This document shows positions 12,301-21,709 of a stretch of 64,000 nucleotides of DNA, piece after piece. The stretch comes from an uncultured delta proteobacterium (GTDB lineage: Bacteria; Myxococcota; Kuafuiibacteriia; Kuafuiibacteriales; Kuafuiibacteriaceae). The stretch lies in the NCBI GenBank assembly GCA_963803435.1, contig CAWDML010000001.1:3072001-3136000 (forward strand). The letters are read 5' to 3'. The translations under genes and the position numbers were made by a program. The notes below the pieces were generated by a model. It was not told the origin of the DNA. It ran no database searches and worked only from the letters and a program-made list of their open reading frames with translations. How positions within the stretch are numbered: position 1 is the stretch's first letter; every line of letters starts with the position of its first letter.

Positions 12301-13334
12301 GCGCCTCCAGCGGCACGGCCTACGCCGACAAGGCCTTCTCGATGCGGATCACCTCGCCGACGGTCCAGCTGGAGATCGCGACGCCGTCGCTGCCGTCCGC
12401 GATCGCAGGCCGCAGCTACCGGGCTACGCTGATCGCGGTCGGCGGGGTCCCGCCGTACACCTGGGAGGCGATCTCGACGCTGCCCTCCGGAATCACGCTG
12501 ACCTCGGCAGGCGTCCTCAGCGGCGTCCCGACGACGCCCGGAAATCTTCCCATCACGGTGAGCGTGCGTGACGCGATCAACAGCTCCGACTCGAAGGCCC
12601 TGGTGCTGGCCGTCCTCAACGCCAACCAGGCCGTGCAGATCACGCAGGTCCCCTTGCCGAAGGCGATCGTGGGCATGCCGTACTGTGAGCCGGAGGCGAT
12701 CCGCTTCGAGGCCCAGAACGGCGTCCCGCCCTACGGATGGAGCCTCATCGGCGAGGTGCCGGCCGGGATGAGCATGTCGGCGACCGGCGAGTTCTGCGGT
12801 GCGCCCGAGACCGCGGGTGAGTTCCCGATCGTGGTGCGCGCGCAAGATGCCACCGGCCTGTACGACACGGCGCTGTTCATCTTCGAGGTGTCGGGCGGCA
12901 ACTCGCTGACGATCTCGACCTTCACGCTTCCGGGCGGAAAGGTCGGCGAGGACTATTCGCAGAAGCTCACCGCGGTGCGCGGCACCGAGCCCTACGCATG
13001 GTCGGTGGTCGAGGGTGCTGGCGACATGCCCGCCGGGCTCACGCTGGCCGAGGACGGGAGCCTGAGCGGCAGCCCGACCGAGGACGGCCTCTTCGCCTTC
13101 GTGGTCCAGGTGCACGACGCCCAGCTCCGCACCGACACGCAGCCGCTGTCGATCCAGGTGGCGCCAGCGCCCAAGGTCGAGCCGGGCGACACCGGCTGCG
13201 GATGCAGCGCCTCCTCTGGGAGCGCCACCTTCGGCTCGCTGTGGGCGATGCTGGCGGTGGGCGCGCTCCTGGCGCTGCGCAAGCGTCAGCTGCTCTGGAA
13301 CCGGCTCTTGAGCGCGAGAAACCGCGCCTCGTAG
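9315..13334 (+). CDS. Large cell-surface protein: CARDB-like repeats, putative Ig (He_PIG-like) repeats, MYXO-CTERM sorting signal
   Basis: Signal peptide, repeated 'VDP.N.I.E.NE.NN' modules, repeated 'GG.PPY.W....LP.G.TL...G.LSG.PT' modules, and C-terminal GCGCSASS-TM-RKR. Confidence 0.85.
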   Translation: MGKLKYLLSAILLLVSTQAGAQVLVKTTQPITYTSLPSPTILATTGDENEYTVTPPFPIQFYGSTFTTITVGDNVAILFPGGLQVSLINETPGSTVTPNGFIAPFWDDQAQYAANMAYIGHQTQGTAPNRTFTVEWFHNSRYPTTATQFSVEVRFFEGQQRYEIDYGDITGTGTYNATMGMEDPAGGNPFFFAPSNCVTLCSQADFAAVSNMRVIIAQPITPELTGSFGTNWPRGAFPGMTATGNLILRNLATNTATAVLTRVYLSTDGTLDASDPMVGSITTPTLPNGNTTAPVTITVPNGTPVGDYYLFARIDANDAWSEINESDNVFAGPRFATAYELQPTRVSTSLPGINPGATATFDVEITNNGVPRVGSLDISVYASVDDVLDGMDRFMFTGTVNLTGANVETAPVSGTAPNLAPGSYYAIAVVDPMNTISETNEANNTVVSVMPIPSGPDFSVAAVTVPASVVPGGMAAITTTLGSLSVPFTGNVTYRLWASTDQMVGNDTLLGNFTATFAGEASLPDTENVLFPAQLATGSYYVIAQVDPTNAIAEVSETNNMGVSATAILNGPDFRITSPTFTPATAQVGNTITVNATLNSIGVPFTGNVGYGVFISPNPEFDPGDVLIYSSQVLVSGLSTAPISANFALPTVVPGTYTLFVVADPANTIAEANETNNATAGPGSFTVQGADLRVASITGDPVAFIGRTYQVTLTIENTGVADARGFQYAYYLSEDQAIRVFDTQVLISGTATIAAGAQQTFVDTLTFPTFTATTSLYLGVLVDIYSRVPETNPNNNIGHTQQPLRIVFPIPDLAGSIVETATAAAAGEQLAITRQITNAGVADAMSFSYRYYLSTNAMISTDDIELGRFNLSLPEGGDDYGVDVLTVPSNVSPGTYYLGMIVDPDDLLDEVDEENNVALGPQIPVYRAAIQFVTDRLPNGITGVPYQVGVYARGGPLPITWSVQSGALPAGLTIGVDSGIIGGTPTSEGVSQFVLRASSGTAYADKAFSMRITSPTVQLEIATPSLPSAIAGRSYRATLIAVGGVPPYTWEAISTLPSGITLTSAGVLSGVPTTPGNLPITVSVRDAINSSDSKALVLAVLNANQAVQITQVPLPKAIVGMPYCEPEAIRFEAQNGVPPYGWSLIGEVPAGMSMSATGEFCGAPETAGEFPIVVRAQDATGLYDTALFIFEVSGGNSLTISTFTLPGGKVGEDYSQKLTAVRGTEPYAWSVVEGAGDMPAGLTLAEDGSLSGSPTEDGLFAFVVQVHDAQLRTDTQPLSIQVAPAPKVEPGDTGCGCSASSGSATFGSLWAMLAVGALLALRKRQLLWNRLLSARNRAS

Positions 13335-14377
13335 AAGCGGAAGCTCACCTCGGCGACCAGCCAGGTCGCCAGCGACACCAGCACGAAGTCCAGCAGGACC
13401 ACGCCGTCCAGGCCCGCCTTCGCCATGCCGGCCAGGACACCGTGGCGCACCAGCAGGTGGAACAGATACATGCCGTAGCTGACCACGCCGATGCGGACGA
13501 TCGGCTTGAGAGAGAGGAGCGGGGCGAGCACGTGGCCCTCGCGGATCACGACGCTCGCCAGAAAGATCGCCATCGTGAGCTGGATCAGGAGGCGAGGCGC
13601 GCCGCTGATGTCGGCGGGCGCCACGACCACGAGGAGCCCGACGACGCCGGCGGCGAAGGCGCTCGACCAGCGCGAGCCGAGGAGTCGATAAAAGACGGCG
13701 AAGCTGGCCGGGCGGTGGAGCAGGTGCGCCAGCAGTACGCCGAGGGCGATGGGCGTGAAGGTCGCGTCGAAGATCTCCGGCTGGTGGCCGGGGGTGTAGA
13801 TCCGGTCGAGCAGGGGATCGAACAGGCCGAAGTTCACCAGCTGGTTCAGCAGCAGCACCACCGCGATCACGACGAACACGGCCCAGCCCTTGATCAGCTT
13901 CTCGACGCTCGGCCACACCAGATAGAACTGCTCTTCGGTCGCGAGCGACCAGGTGATCCCGAGATTGTGCGCGTGCACGGACAGGAAGTTGCAGAGGTAG
14001 AGCAGGTAGAAGGGGAGCCGGTGCACGAGCACCTGCGTGTCGTCATCCTGCGGCTTGAAGACCAGATAGATCGCGGCGAGCGCGAGGATCAGGCCGTAGT
14101 AGACCGGGAAGATGCGGAGGGTGCGCCGTACGTAGAAGTCCTTGATCGAGACGTCCCCGGTCCGCTCCTTCTCGCGGAGGAGCAGCGTCACGATGAGGAA
14201 GCCAGAGAGGACAAAGAACATGTCGACGCCCAGGAACCCGCGTCCCGCCCAACCGGCGCCGATCCAGGCGTGGTCCGTGTGATGCCAGACCACCGCCAGG
14301 ATGCTGAAGCAGCGGATGCCGTCGAGGCTGCCGAAGTGACGGGTCCGGCGGAAGGCGTCGTGAGCCTCGGTCGTCAC
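13286..14377 (-). CDS. Acyltransferase family 3 (OafA/YrhL-like)
   Basis: LDGIRC..IL.V..HH, GVDMFFVLSGFLI, FY.RR.LRIFP.Y, WSLA.EEQFY and SYGMYL.H motifs. Confidence 0.9.
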   Translation of the reverse strand: MTTEAHDAFRRTRHFGSLDGIRCFSILAVVWHHTDHAWIGAGWAGRGFLGVDMFFVLSGFLIVTLLLREKERTGDVSIKDFYVRRTLRIFPVYYGLILALAAIYLVFKPQDDDTQVLVHRLPFYLLYLCNFLSVHAHNLGITWSLATEEQFYLVWPSVEKLIKGWAVFVVIAVVLLLNQLVNFGLFDPLLDRIYTPGHQPEIFDATFTPIALGVLLAHLLHRPASFAVFYRLLGSRWSSAFAAGVVGLLVVVAPADISGAPRLLIQLTMAIFLASVVIREGHVLAPLLSLKPIVRIGVVSYGMYLFHLLVRHGVLAGMAKAGLDGVVLLDFVLVSLATWLVAEVSFRFYEARFLALKSRFQSS

Positions 14378-14588
14378 GGGGCCGGCCTATCCCGGTTGTC
14401 GGATCCTGCACACAGAGTTGCTCGAATAGTGCACAGGGGGCCCCGTCGCCCGACCGGGTCCGCCAGCCCTTCAGTGTGGCCCGGAGGTTGCGTAAGGACG
14501 GCCTGTGCAGCTCGCGCGGAGACTGGACTTCGATCCGACGACCCAGGGCCGGGGCCGCCGCCGCCGCCGCCGCGAGGACACGCCGGTC

Positions 14589-14921
14589 ATGACCCTCCTC
14601 CGGCTCCCGCTCGGCGTCATCTCCGCGGAGCGCTGGGACCGCACGCCCCTCGCCCCCCGCACCCAGAGCCTCCGCCTCCTGGGTGCCCGGCGGCTCGCCC
14701 CCATCGGCTGCGTGCTGGTGGAGCAGGGCGGCGAGCTCGAGCGCTGGTCGGTGCATCCGGTGCCCCCCGAGGTCTCGTCGAGCGGCTACTGGGTGGCGAG
14801 CGAGGCCCGGCTCCTCACGCTCGACGCGGCCGACGCCCAGCTCCTCCCGCTCGAGGTCGGCCGCCCGCACGTCCTGATCCCCGACCGCCCAGGCTCGGAC
14901 GCGATCGTGACGTTGGCTTAG
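14589..14921 (+). CDS. Hypothetical protein
   Basis: Open frame with host-like GC-rich codons from ATG 14589. No recognisable motif. Confidence 0.4.
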   Translation: MTLLRLPLGVISAERWDRTPLAPRTQSLRLLGARRLAPIGCVLVEQGGELERWSVHPVPPEVSSSGYWVASEARLLTLDAADAQLLPLEVGRPHVLIPDRPGSDAIVTLA

Positions 14922-14922
14922 C

Positions 14923-15160
14923 TAAGAGCCGGTCCGAAAACCTCCGGACCGTTCCGCGTTTCCTGTTTCGCTCGTTCTGCTCATTCGCTATTCAAAGCGG
15001 CCGTTGTTGCATCGTGCTCGATCGAGTGTTCTGCAGAGTCGATGCAGGCAAGATTCGCAAGTCTTCCGGACGCCCTGTGGAAACGCATTGAGCCGTGACT
15101 CCCGAAGCGAGGTCCAAGGCCGCGCGGGATCGGCGCAGCTGATGATCGCGTTGTCGTCCT
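14923..15160 (+). mobile_element. IS5-family element remnant (putative left end plus transposase N-terminus with a nonsense codon)
   Basis: TAA|GAGCCGGTCCGAAAA at 14923-14940 resembles IS5-family ends. ATG 15042 reads MQARFASLPDALWKRIEP*LPKRGPRPRG..ADDR, matching the IS5 N-terminal 'L.D..W.RIEPLLP...RGGRP..DDR' pattern. Confidence 0.6.
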
Positions 15161-15554
15161 GCTCCATGCTCTTCAGGATCACCACCACGCCGCTCTTCTT
15201 TCCCCGATAGTGAGGCGCGACGAACTCTTCCTTCCGGACGCCCTTCGGTGCCGAGAGGATCTCGATGTGGTGTCGCTTCGCATAAGCCTCCACTTGCTTG
15301 CGGTAGTCGGTCGTTCGCTTCGCGAGCACCTTCGGGGTGATGCACGGGATCCCGCAGAATCCGCGCAGCACGATTCGGTCCCAGACGCCGCACGCGAAGT
15401 GCACGAGATGTCCGAAGAGCTCCATGAACCGCTCCATCCCGTGATCTTCTCGCGCTGAACCCTGTTCGTTGAGCTCCGGCCACCCGAACGAGTCCAAACC
15501 ACCGTGAAGACGTGCTCTCATCCCACGCGATCCGAGGCGATAGGAGCAGCCCTT
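15160..15554 (-). pseudogene. Fragment of a probable mobile-element-associated ORF with its upstream end
   Basis: MERFMELFGHLVHF...DRIVLRG / RTTDY...VEAYA..HHI......KGVRKE...VILKSMEQ resembles the N-terminus of a widespread uncharacterised family, recalled from memory only. It is truncated where it meets the IS5 remnant. Confidence 0.45.
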
Positions 15555-15796
15555 CAGCGATTCACCGATTTTGAAGGTCTGGCAGCGAAGCCATGCGCTC
15601 GTTCTGCAGATCTACCGACTCACCACCGGCTTCCCGGACGACGAGCGCTACGGCCTGGTCTCCCAGATCCCTGCTGATCCTGAGTCGCGACCTCGGGCTC
15701 GTCACCGCGAAGGCAGCGGAGCCGATTCGCGCGGAACTCGACGAGATCGCCCGCATGCTCAACGGCCTCCGCGGTAAGGTCGAACGGAGCGCATAG
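15555..15796 (+). pseudogene. Four-helix-bundle (23S rRNA IVP/Avd-like) gene remnant
   Basis: QRFTD/LKVWQRSHALVLQIYRLTTGFPDDERYGLVSQI is joined out of frame to LLILSRDLG...ELDEIARMLNGL. The start codon and the central segment are missing. Confidence 0.75.
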
Positions 15797-16123
15797 CTCC
15801 GCGCCCTGTGAACTCTCAACCGTTGACTGTCGACTGGGGCCGTCTCTGTGAGCTTTCAGGTTTACCTGGTTAGGTCAGTTGGCGGACGCCAGCGTGAAAA
15901 GAGCCGCGATGCGAGCGCCGCGCGGGATCCTTTGTCACGCCGACACCAGGCGCAGAGACGTCTTTACCTCTTTCGCCCGCAGCTTGCGGAGGTCATACGA
16001 GGCCTGGGCGGACGATCTCGGGTCCTTCGTGCACAAGATGTCAGTAGCGCGGGCATCGCCCTTCATGAGCTGAAGACGAGCAGCGAATGCCAGAACAAGT
16101 GCACCACGGAATAGCGGACGGAT

Positions 16124-17089
16124 CTAGCGAGGGACCACGATCAACGGCCGGCGGATCCTGAACCGTCCCACGATCGGCACGTGGTCGGACAGCTCGTGCC
16201 ACTGGCCCGACTCGAACCCGTACGGATGCGTGTCCTCGAAGTCGAGCCACTCGAGGCCCGGTCCGGCGAAGATGTGGTCGAGCCGCATCTTGAAGTTGAG
16301 GAAGCCTGCGGTCGGCCAGGCGGTCATCAGATCCGCCACCGAGTGTCCGAAGACCTCCGGAAACGGATCCCGCACCGCGAGACGCTCCATGATCAGGTTG
16401 TAGGCCGGCGAGCCGGGGAGCGAGTTGAAGTCGCCCACGATCAGGAACCGCTCCGAGCTGCGCCGTGCCTCCACGAAGCGGGCGAGCGATTCGATCTCCT
16501 TCTCCTGGTTCTTGCCGAAGCCCATGCGCTTCGAGATCCGGAAGACGTCGCGCGACATGAACGCGGGGAGCGAGAGATGCGTGTTGAAGATGTCGACGGT
16601 GTCACCACCGGACGCCACCGTCACGTGCGCGCAGACGCGCGACTGCTTGACCCGCGACATCGGTCCTCTGCGGCGGTGCGTGATGTCGTGGGGGCCGTCG
16701 GCATTGTGCAAGTCTACCTGCACGTCCTCGCGCGTGAGCACCGCCAGCCCGGTGGTGTAGATGCGCGCGCGCGCCACCTGGTAGGTGTGGGCATGGAAGT
16801 AGTGCGCGCGATAGCGGTGCTCCTGCCCGTGGCCGTGGAGCGCCCGATCCAGCGCCTTCATGACGGCCTCGAGCTGGGTCTCGCCGACGTGGCTCGGCGT
16901 GTGGCTGAGCGTGGAGCGCAGCGAGCGGGTCTCCACCTCCTGCAGGCAGATCACGTGCGGGAGGCGCTCGAGTCGGGCGATGGCGTCGGTGATCAGCGAG
17001 ATGGAGCGGCGAGTGGAGGCGGCCCCACGAAACGGCCGGCTGGCGTGCCCGAAGTACCGGACGTTGTACGTCATCACCCGGATGGGCAT
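16124..17089 (-). CDS. Endonuclease/exonuclease/phosphatase (EEP) family protein
   Basis: MTYNV, CLQEV, NTHL, GDFNS, LDHIF and SDHVP motifs. Confidence 0.9.
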   Translation of the reverse strand: MPIRVMTYNVRYFGHASRPFRGAASTRRSISLITDAIARLERLPHVICLQEVETRSLRSTLSHTPSHVGETQLEAVMKALDRALHGHGQEHRYRAHYFHAHTYQVARARIYTTGLAVLTREDVQVDLHNADGPHDITHRRRGPMSRVKQSRVCAHVTVASGGDTVDIFNTHLSLPAFMSRDVFRISKRMGFGKNQEKEIESLARFVEARRSSERFLIVGDFNSLPGSPAYNLIMERLAVRDPFPEVFGHSVADLMTAWPTAGFLNFKMRLDHIFAGPGLEWLDFEDTHPYGFESGQWHELSDHVPIVGRFRIRRPLIVVPR

Positions 17090-17102
17090 CTCTGTTCGCT
17101 CG

Positions 17103-18160
<1,058 letters not shown>

Positions 18161-18164
<4 letters not shown>

Positions 18165-18514
18165 GAGATCGGCGCCCCCACCTCGAACACCAGGTGCTTG
18201 GCGGCCCGGTAGTAAAACAAGCGCCAACCCCAGTCGGTGTTCTCGGGCTGGTCGTCGAGCTTCAGGCCCGAGGTCACGAGCGCACGATAGATCCGATCGA
18301 CCTCGCCCGGCGTCCCCACCTGAAGCGTCACCAGCACGTCGTCCTCGGCGAGCTCGCCGGCCGGCGGATGATGCGCGACCGTGGAGGCGCCCATGTGAAA
18401 CGAGAGGAGCGATCCGTTGTCGATCTCGACCCGGCCCGAGACCACCTGACAGAAACGTCGAAGCGCGTTTCCGTCGTTCTTGAAGAGGCAGACTTGAGCC
18501 AGGTGCGCCGGCAT
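18161..18514 (-). CDS. VOC/glyoxalase family protein
   Basis: 117 aa with EVDRIYRAL...G......P.NTDWGWRLFY......FEV, a typical VOC C-terminal half. Confidence 0.7.
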
Positions 18515-18765
18515 GCGGAGCCCCTGCTACCGACCGATCGCCGGCGAAGCAAGCGGATGGGGCTCTGCGTCAAAACGACTGAAAAGAATGTGTGTGGAGT
18601 TCCGACTCACCGGTAGGCTGTCATACCGCAAACGAAATGGGCGGTTAGCGGAAAACGACTGGAAAGTCGGGCGCTTGCCCTGCCCTGTGAGCGCCAAAAC
18701 GCGATTGACCGCGAGATCGGGGGCTGGCATTCCGACTCGGAGCGGGCGCTGAACCGCCATTCATT
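18515..18765. promoter_or_regulatory. AT-richer divergent promoter region with direct repeats
   Basis: AAAACGACTG(A/G)AAAG at 18572 and 18652, and TTCCGACTC at 18600 and 18730. Lies between the divergent VOC operon and the FAAL operon. Confidence 0.45.
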
Positions 18766-20586
18766 ATGCTTCGTACCCTCATCGACGTGCTGCAGCAAGC
18801 AGCTTCGGTCACCCACAAAGGCTACGTCTTCCTGGACGATCGACTCCAGGAGTCGGTGTGGTCCTTTCAGGACCTGGCGCGTGAAGCAGCGCGTCGAGCC
18901 CGCATCTTCCGCACGCTCGGCCTGAACAAGGGCGATCGGATCGCGATGATCGTCCCGGACGGCAAGGACTTCGTCCTCAGCTTCTTCGGCGCGGTGCGTG
19001 CGGGCCTGGTGCCGGTGCCGATGTACCCGCCCCTGGCGCTCGGCAAGCTCGACGCCTACGTCGACGCGGCCGCCCGGATCCTCGAGACCTCCGGCGCGCG
19101 CATGCTGATCACCAGCAAGGCGGTGGCCCCGATCGTCTGGTCCCTCCTCGATCGGGTCGACACCCTCGAGGATCTGCTGCTCACCGAGAAGCTGACCACC
19201 TTCGACGACGCCGCGATCACCGCGACGCTCGACGGCCTGGAGCTCGCGCCCGAGGATCCGTGCTTCCTCCAGTACACCTCGGGCTCCACCGCCGAGCCCA
19301 AGGGCGTGGTGGTGTCGCACGGGAACCTGGTCGCCAACGCCAAGGCGATCATGATCGACGGCCTGAAATCGGATCCGGAGGAGGATCGCGGCGTCAGCTG
19401 GCTCCCGCTCTACCACGACATGGGTCTGATCGGCTTCGTGATCGCCCCGCTGCTCGCGCAGGTGCCGGTGGTGTTCCTGCCGACGCTCAGCTTCGTGAAG
19501 CGGCCGCACATCTGGATGGAGACCTGCGCCAAGTACAAGGGCACGATCACGTTCGCCCCCAACTTCGCGTACGGCCTGGCCGCCAAGCGTGCCCAGGGCA
19601 AGAAGCTCGACTACGACCTCTCCTGCCTGCGGGTGCTGGGGTGCGGCGCCGAGCCGATCAACGCCAAGACGATGCGGACGTTCGTATCGGCGTTCAGCCC
19701 CGCCGGGCTGCGGCCCGAGGCGCTCATGCCCTGCTACGGCATGGCCGAGGCGACGCTGGCGATCAGCTTCGCGAACCTCGACGTGCCGGTGCGGACCGCC
19801 GTGATCAACCGGGCCGCCTACGAAGAGTTCAACCTGGCCGTCCCCTACCAGGGGCTCGACGGGAGCCAGGCCCTCGAGCTGGTCTCCTGCGGGACCACGT
19901 TCCCCGGCCACGAGGTCGCGGTGCTCGACCGGGAGGGCGCGCCGCGTCCCGAGGGCGAGGTCGGCGAGATCGTGGTGCGCGGGCCGAGCATCACCGCCGG
20001 CTACTTCCAGAACGAGGAGGCCACCCGCGCGCTCCTGGCGGACGGCTGGCTCCACACCGGTGACCTCGGCTTCTTCCTCGACGGCGAGCTGTTCGTCTCG
20101 GGTCGCAAGAAGGATCTGATCATCCTCAACGGGAAGAACTACCACCCGCAGGTCTTCGAATGGGAGGTGGAGCAGATCGACGGGATCCGCAAGGGCAACG
20201 TCGTCGCCTTCTCCCGCGCCGGCGAGAACAGCGAAGAGCTGGTGATCGTCGCGGAGGTGAAGGACAACCTGGACCGCGCGGCGCTGGCCGAGTCGGCGAA
20301 GAAGCGGATCCACGAGACCTCCGGCGTCCGCGTCCGCGACGTGGTGCTGCTCGGCGCGGGCGGGCTGCCCAAGACCTCGAGCGGGAAGCTGCAGCGCAGG
20401 AAGACCTGCGAGCTCTACTTCGACGGCAGCATCGGCGCCGAGGGCGATCGCACGCTCGGCTCGACCGCCACCAAGGTCGCGCTGGCGCGGCACGTGACCA
20501 GGAGCGCGTTCGCGCGCGTAAAGCACTCCCTCAAGAAGGGGAGGAGGCTCGTGCCCTTCTTCGGGCGGCGGGCGGAAAGCAGGTAA
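18766..20586 (+). CDS. Fatty acyl-AMP ligase (FAAL)
   Basis: FLQYTSGSTAEPKGV, SWLPLYHDMGLIG, PNFAY, CYGMAEATL, WLHTGDLG, GRKKDLII and LPKTSSGKLQR motifs, with a FAAL-type insertion before LVSCG. Confidence 0.92.
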   Translation: MLRTLIDVLQQAASVTHKGYVFLDDRLQESVWSFQDLAREAARRARIFRTLGLNKGDRIAMIVPDGKDFVLSFFGAVRAGLVPVPMYPPLALGKLDAYVDAAARILETSGARMLITSKAVAPIVWSLLDRVDTLEDLLLTEKLTTFDDAAITATLDGLELAPEDPCFLQYTSGSTAEPKGVVVSHGNLVANAKAIMIDGLKSDPEEDRGVSWLPLYHDMGLIGFVIAPLLAQVPVVFLPTLSFVKRPHIWMETCAKYKGTITFAPNFAYGLAAKRAQGKKLDYDLSCLRVLGCGAEPINAKTMRTFVSAFSPAGLRPEALMPCYGMAEATLAISFANLDVPVRTAVINRAAYEEFNLAVPYQGLDGSQALELVSCGTTFPGHEVAVLDREGAPRPEGEVGEIVVRGPSITAGYFQNEEATRALLADGWLHTGDLGFFLDGELFVSGRKKDLIILNGKNYHPQVFEWEVEQIDGIRKGNVVAFSRAGENSEELVIVAEVKDNLDRAALAESAKKRIHETSGVRVRDVVLLGAGGLPKTSSGKLQRRKTCELYFDGSIGAEGDRTLGSTATKVALARHVTRSAFARVKHSLKKGRRLVPFFGRRAESR

Positions 20587-20590
20587 CGGG

Positions 20591-21442
20591 ATGGGCTCCA
20601 CCCAACAGGAGGTTCAGGTCTCCTACGACGTCTCGAACGAGTTCTTCCGGCTCTGGCTGGACGAGCGGATGAACTACACCTGCGGCGTCTTCGAGGGCAC
20701 CGACAACCTCGAGGAGGCTCAGGTCAAGAAGCTGAACGTCATTCACGACTTCGCGCACCTGACCCCCGAGAAGCGCGTCCTCGACATCGGCTGCGGCTGG
20801 GGCGCGAACATCGAGTTCCTGGCCCTCGACAAGGGCGTGAAGGACGTCCACGGCGTCACGCTCAGCCCGGCGCAGCACCAGGAGATCCTGCGGCGGAGCA
20901 TCCCCGGCGTGACCGCGCACTGCGTCGACTTCTTCGAGTACGAGCCCGACGACAAGTTCGACGCCCTCACCTCGATCTGCATGATCGAGCACGTCGCCTC
21001 ACCGAAGGAAGCGCGCGAGGGGCGCGCGGTCGATCTGTACCGCCGCTACTTCAAGCGGGCCCATGCGATCACGCGCCCGGGCTCCTGGTTCGGGCTGCAG
21101 ACGATCCTCCGGAACTTCGTCCCGCGGAACAAGGACGACATCCGCGACATCGGCTGGGTCACCTACAAGATCTTTCCCGGCGGGATCACGCCGCGGATGG
21201 AGGACATCGTCCAGGCCGTCAACCCGTACTGGGAGGTGGTCGAGGTCAAGACGCGGCGCGAGGACTACGGCAAGACCTGCTGGCACTGGCGCGATCGGAT
21301 GCGCAAGAACGAGGCGCTGATCCGGCGGGAGTGGGGCGACGAGGTCTTCGACGACTACGACCGTTACCTCAGCACCTGCGTGCGCGCGTTCGACAAGCAC
21401 TATCAATCCCTCGCGCAGTGGTCGCTGCGACGCATCGACTGA
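20591..21442 (+). CDS. SAM-dependent cyclopropane synthase/methyltransferase, short mycolic-acid-methyltransferase type
   Basis: YDVSNEFFRLWLD..MNYTC, LEEAQ..K, VLDIGCGWG, IEH, IFPGG and Y.KT...W motifs. At 283 aa it lacks the N-terminal lipid-binding domain of E. coli Cfa. Confidence 0.88.
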   Translation: MGSTQQEVQVSYDVSNEFFRLWLDERMNYTCGVFEGTDNLEEAQVKKLNVIHDFAHLTPEKRVLDIGCGWGANIEFLALDKGVKDVHGVTLSPAQHQEILRRSIPGVTAHCVDFFEYEPDDKFDALTSICMIEHVASPKEAREGRAVDLYRRYFKRAHAITRPGSWFGLQTILRNFVPRNKDDIRDIGWVTYKIFPGGITPRMEDIVQAVNPYWEVVEVKTRREDYGKTCWHWRDRMRKNEALIRREWGDEVFDDYDRYLSTCVRAFDKHYQSLAQWSLRRID

Positions 21443-21456
21443 GTTTGGAGAGAGCA

Positions 21457-21699
21457 ATGACCGACAACGACATCATCACCCTGTTCAAAGAGGCCGTTCA
21501 CGAGGTGGACGCGAACACCAAGCTCGAGGATCTCACCACCGGGACCGAGATCGCGAAGCTCGGGCTGGACTCCGTCATGACGATGGAGGTGATCGGCGTC
21601 CTGGAGGAGCGGCTCAACATCCGCTTCCCTGACGAGGACCTGGCGACGCTCAAGAACATCGGCGACCTGACCGCGCTCATCCAGCGCACGGCCGCTTGA
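21457..21699 (+). CDS. Acyl carrier protein
   Basis: 80 aa, acidic, LGLDSV phosphopantetheine site, GGAG RBS. Confidence 0.92.
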   Translation: MTDNDIITLFKEAVHEVDANTKLEDLTTGTEIAKLGLDSVMTMEVIGVLEERLNIRFPDEDLATLKNIGDLTALIQRTAA

Positions 21700-21709
21700 G
21701 GAGTCGGAC

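Noticed and set aside
15555-15796. Diversity-generating retroelement (Avd-like gene)
   Set aside because: No reverse transcriptase or TR/VR repeat pair is visible, and the gene is a broken remnant.
15848-16114. Possible further transposase C-terminal remnant
   Set aside because: The resemblance is vague and there is no catalytic motif, so it cannot be supported.
18640-18700. c-di-GMP-I riboswitch-like stretch (GGAAAAC-stem-GGAA-stem-GGGCGC)
   Set aside because: It lacks the following AAAGC and a recognisable second stem. The resemblance is only partial, and an Rfam scan would be needed.
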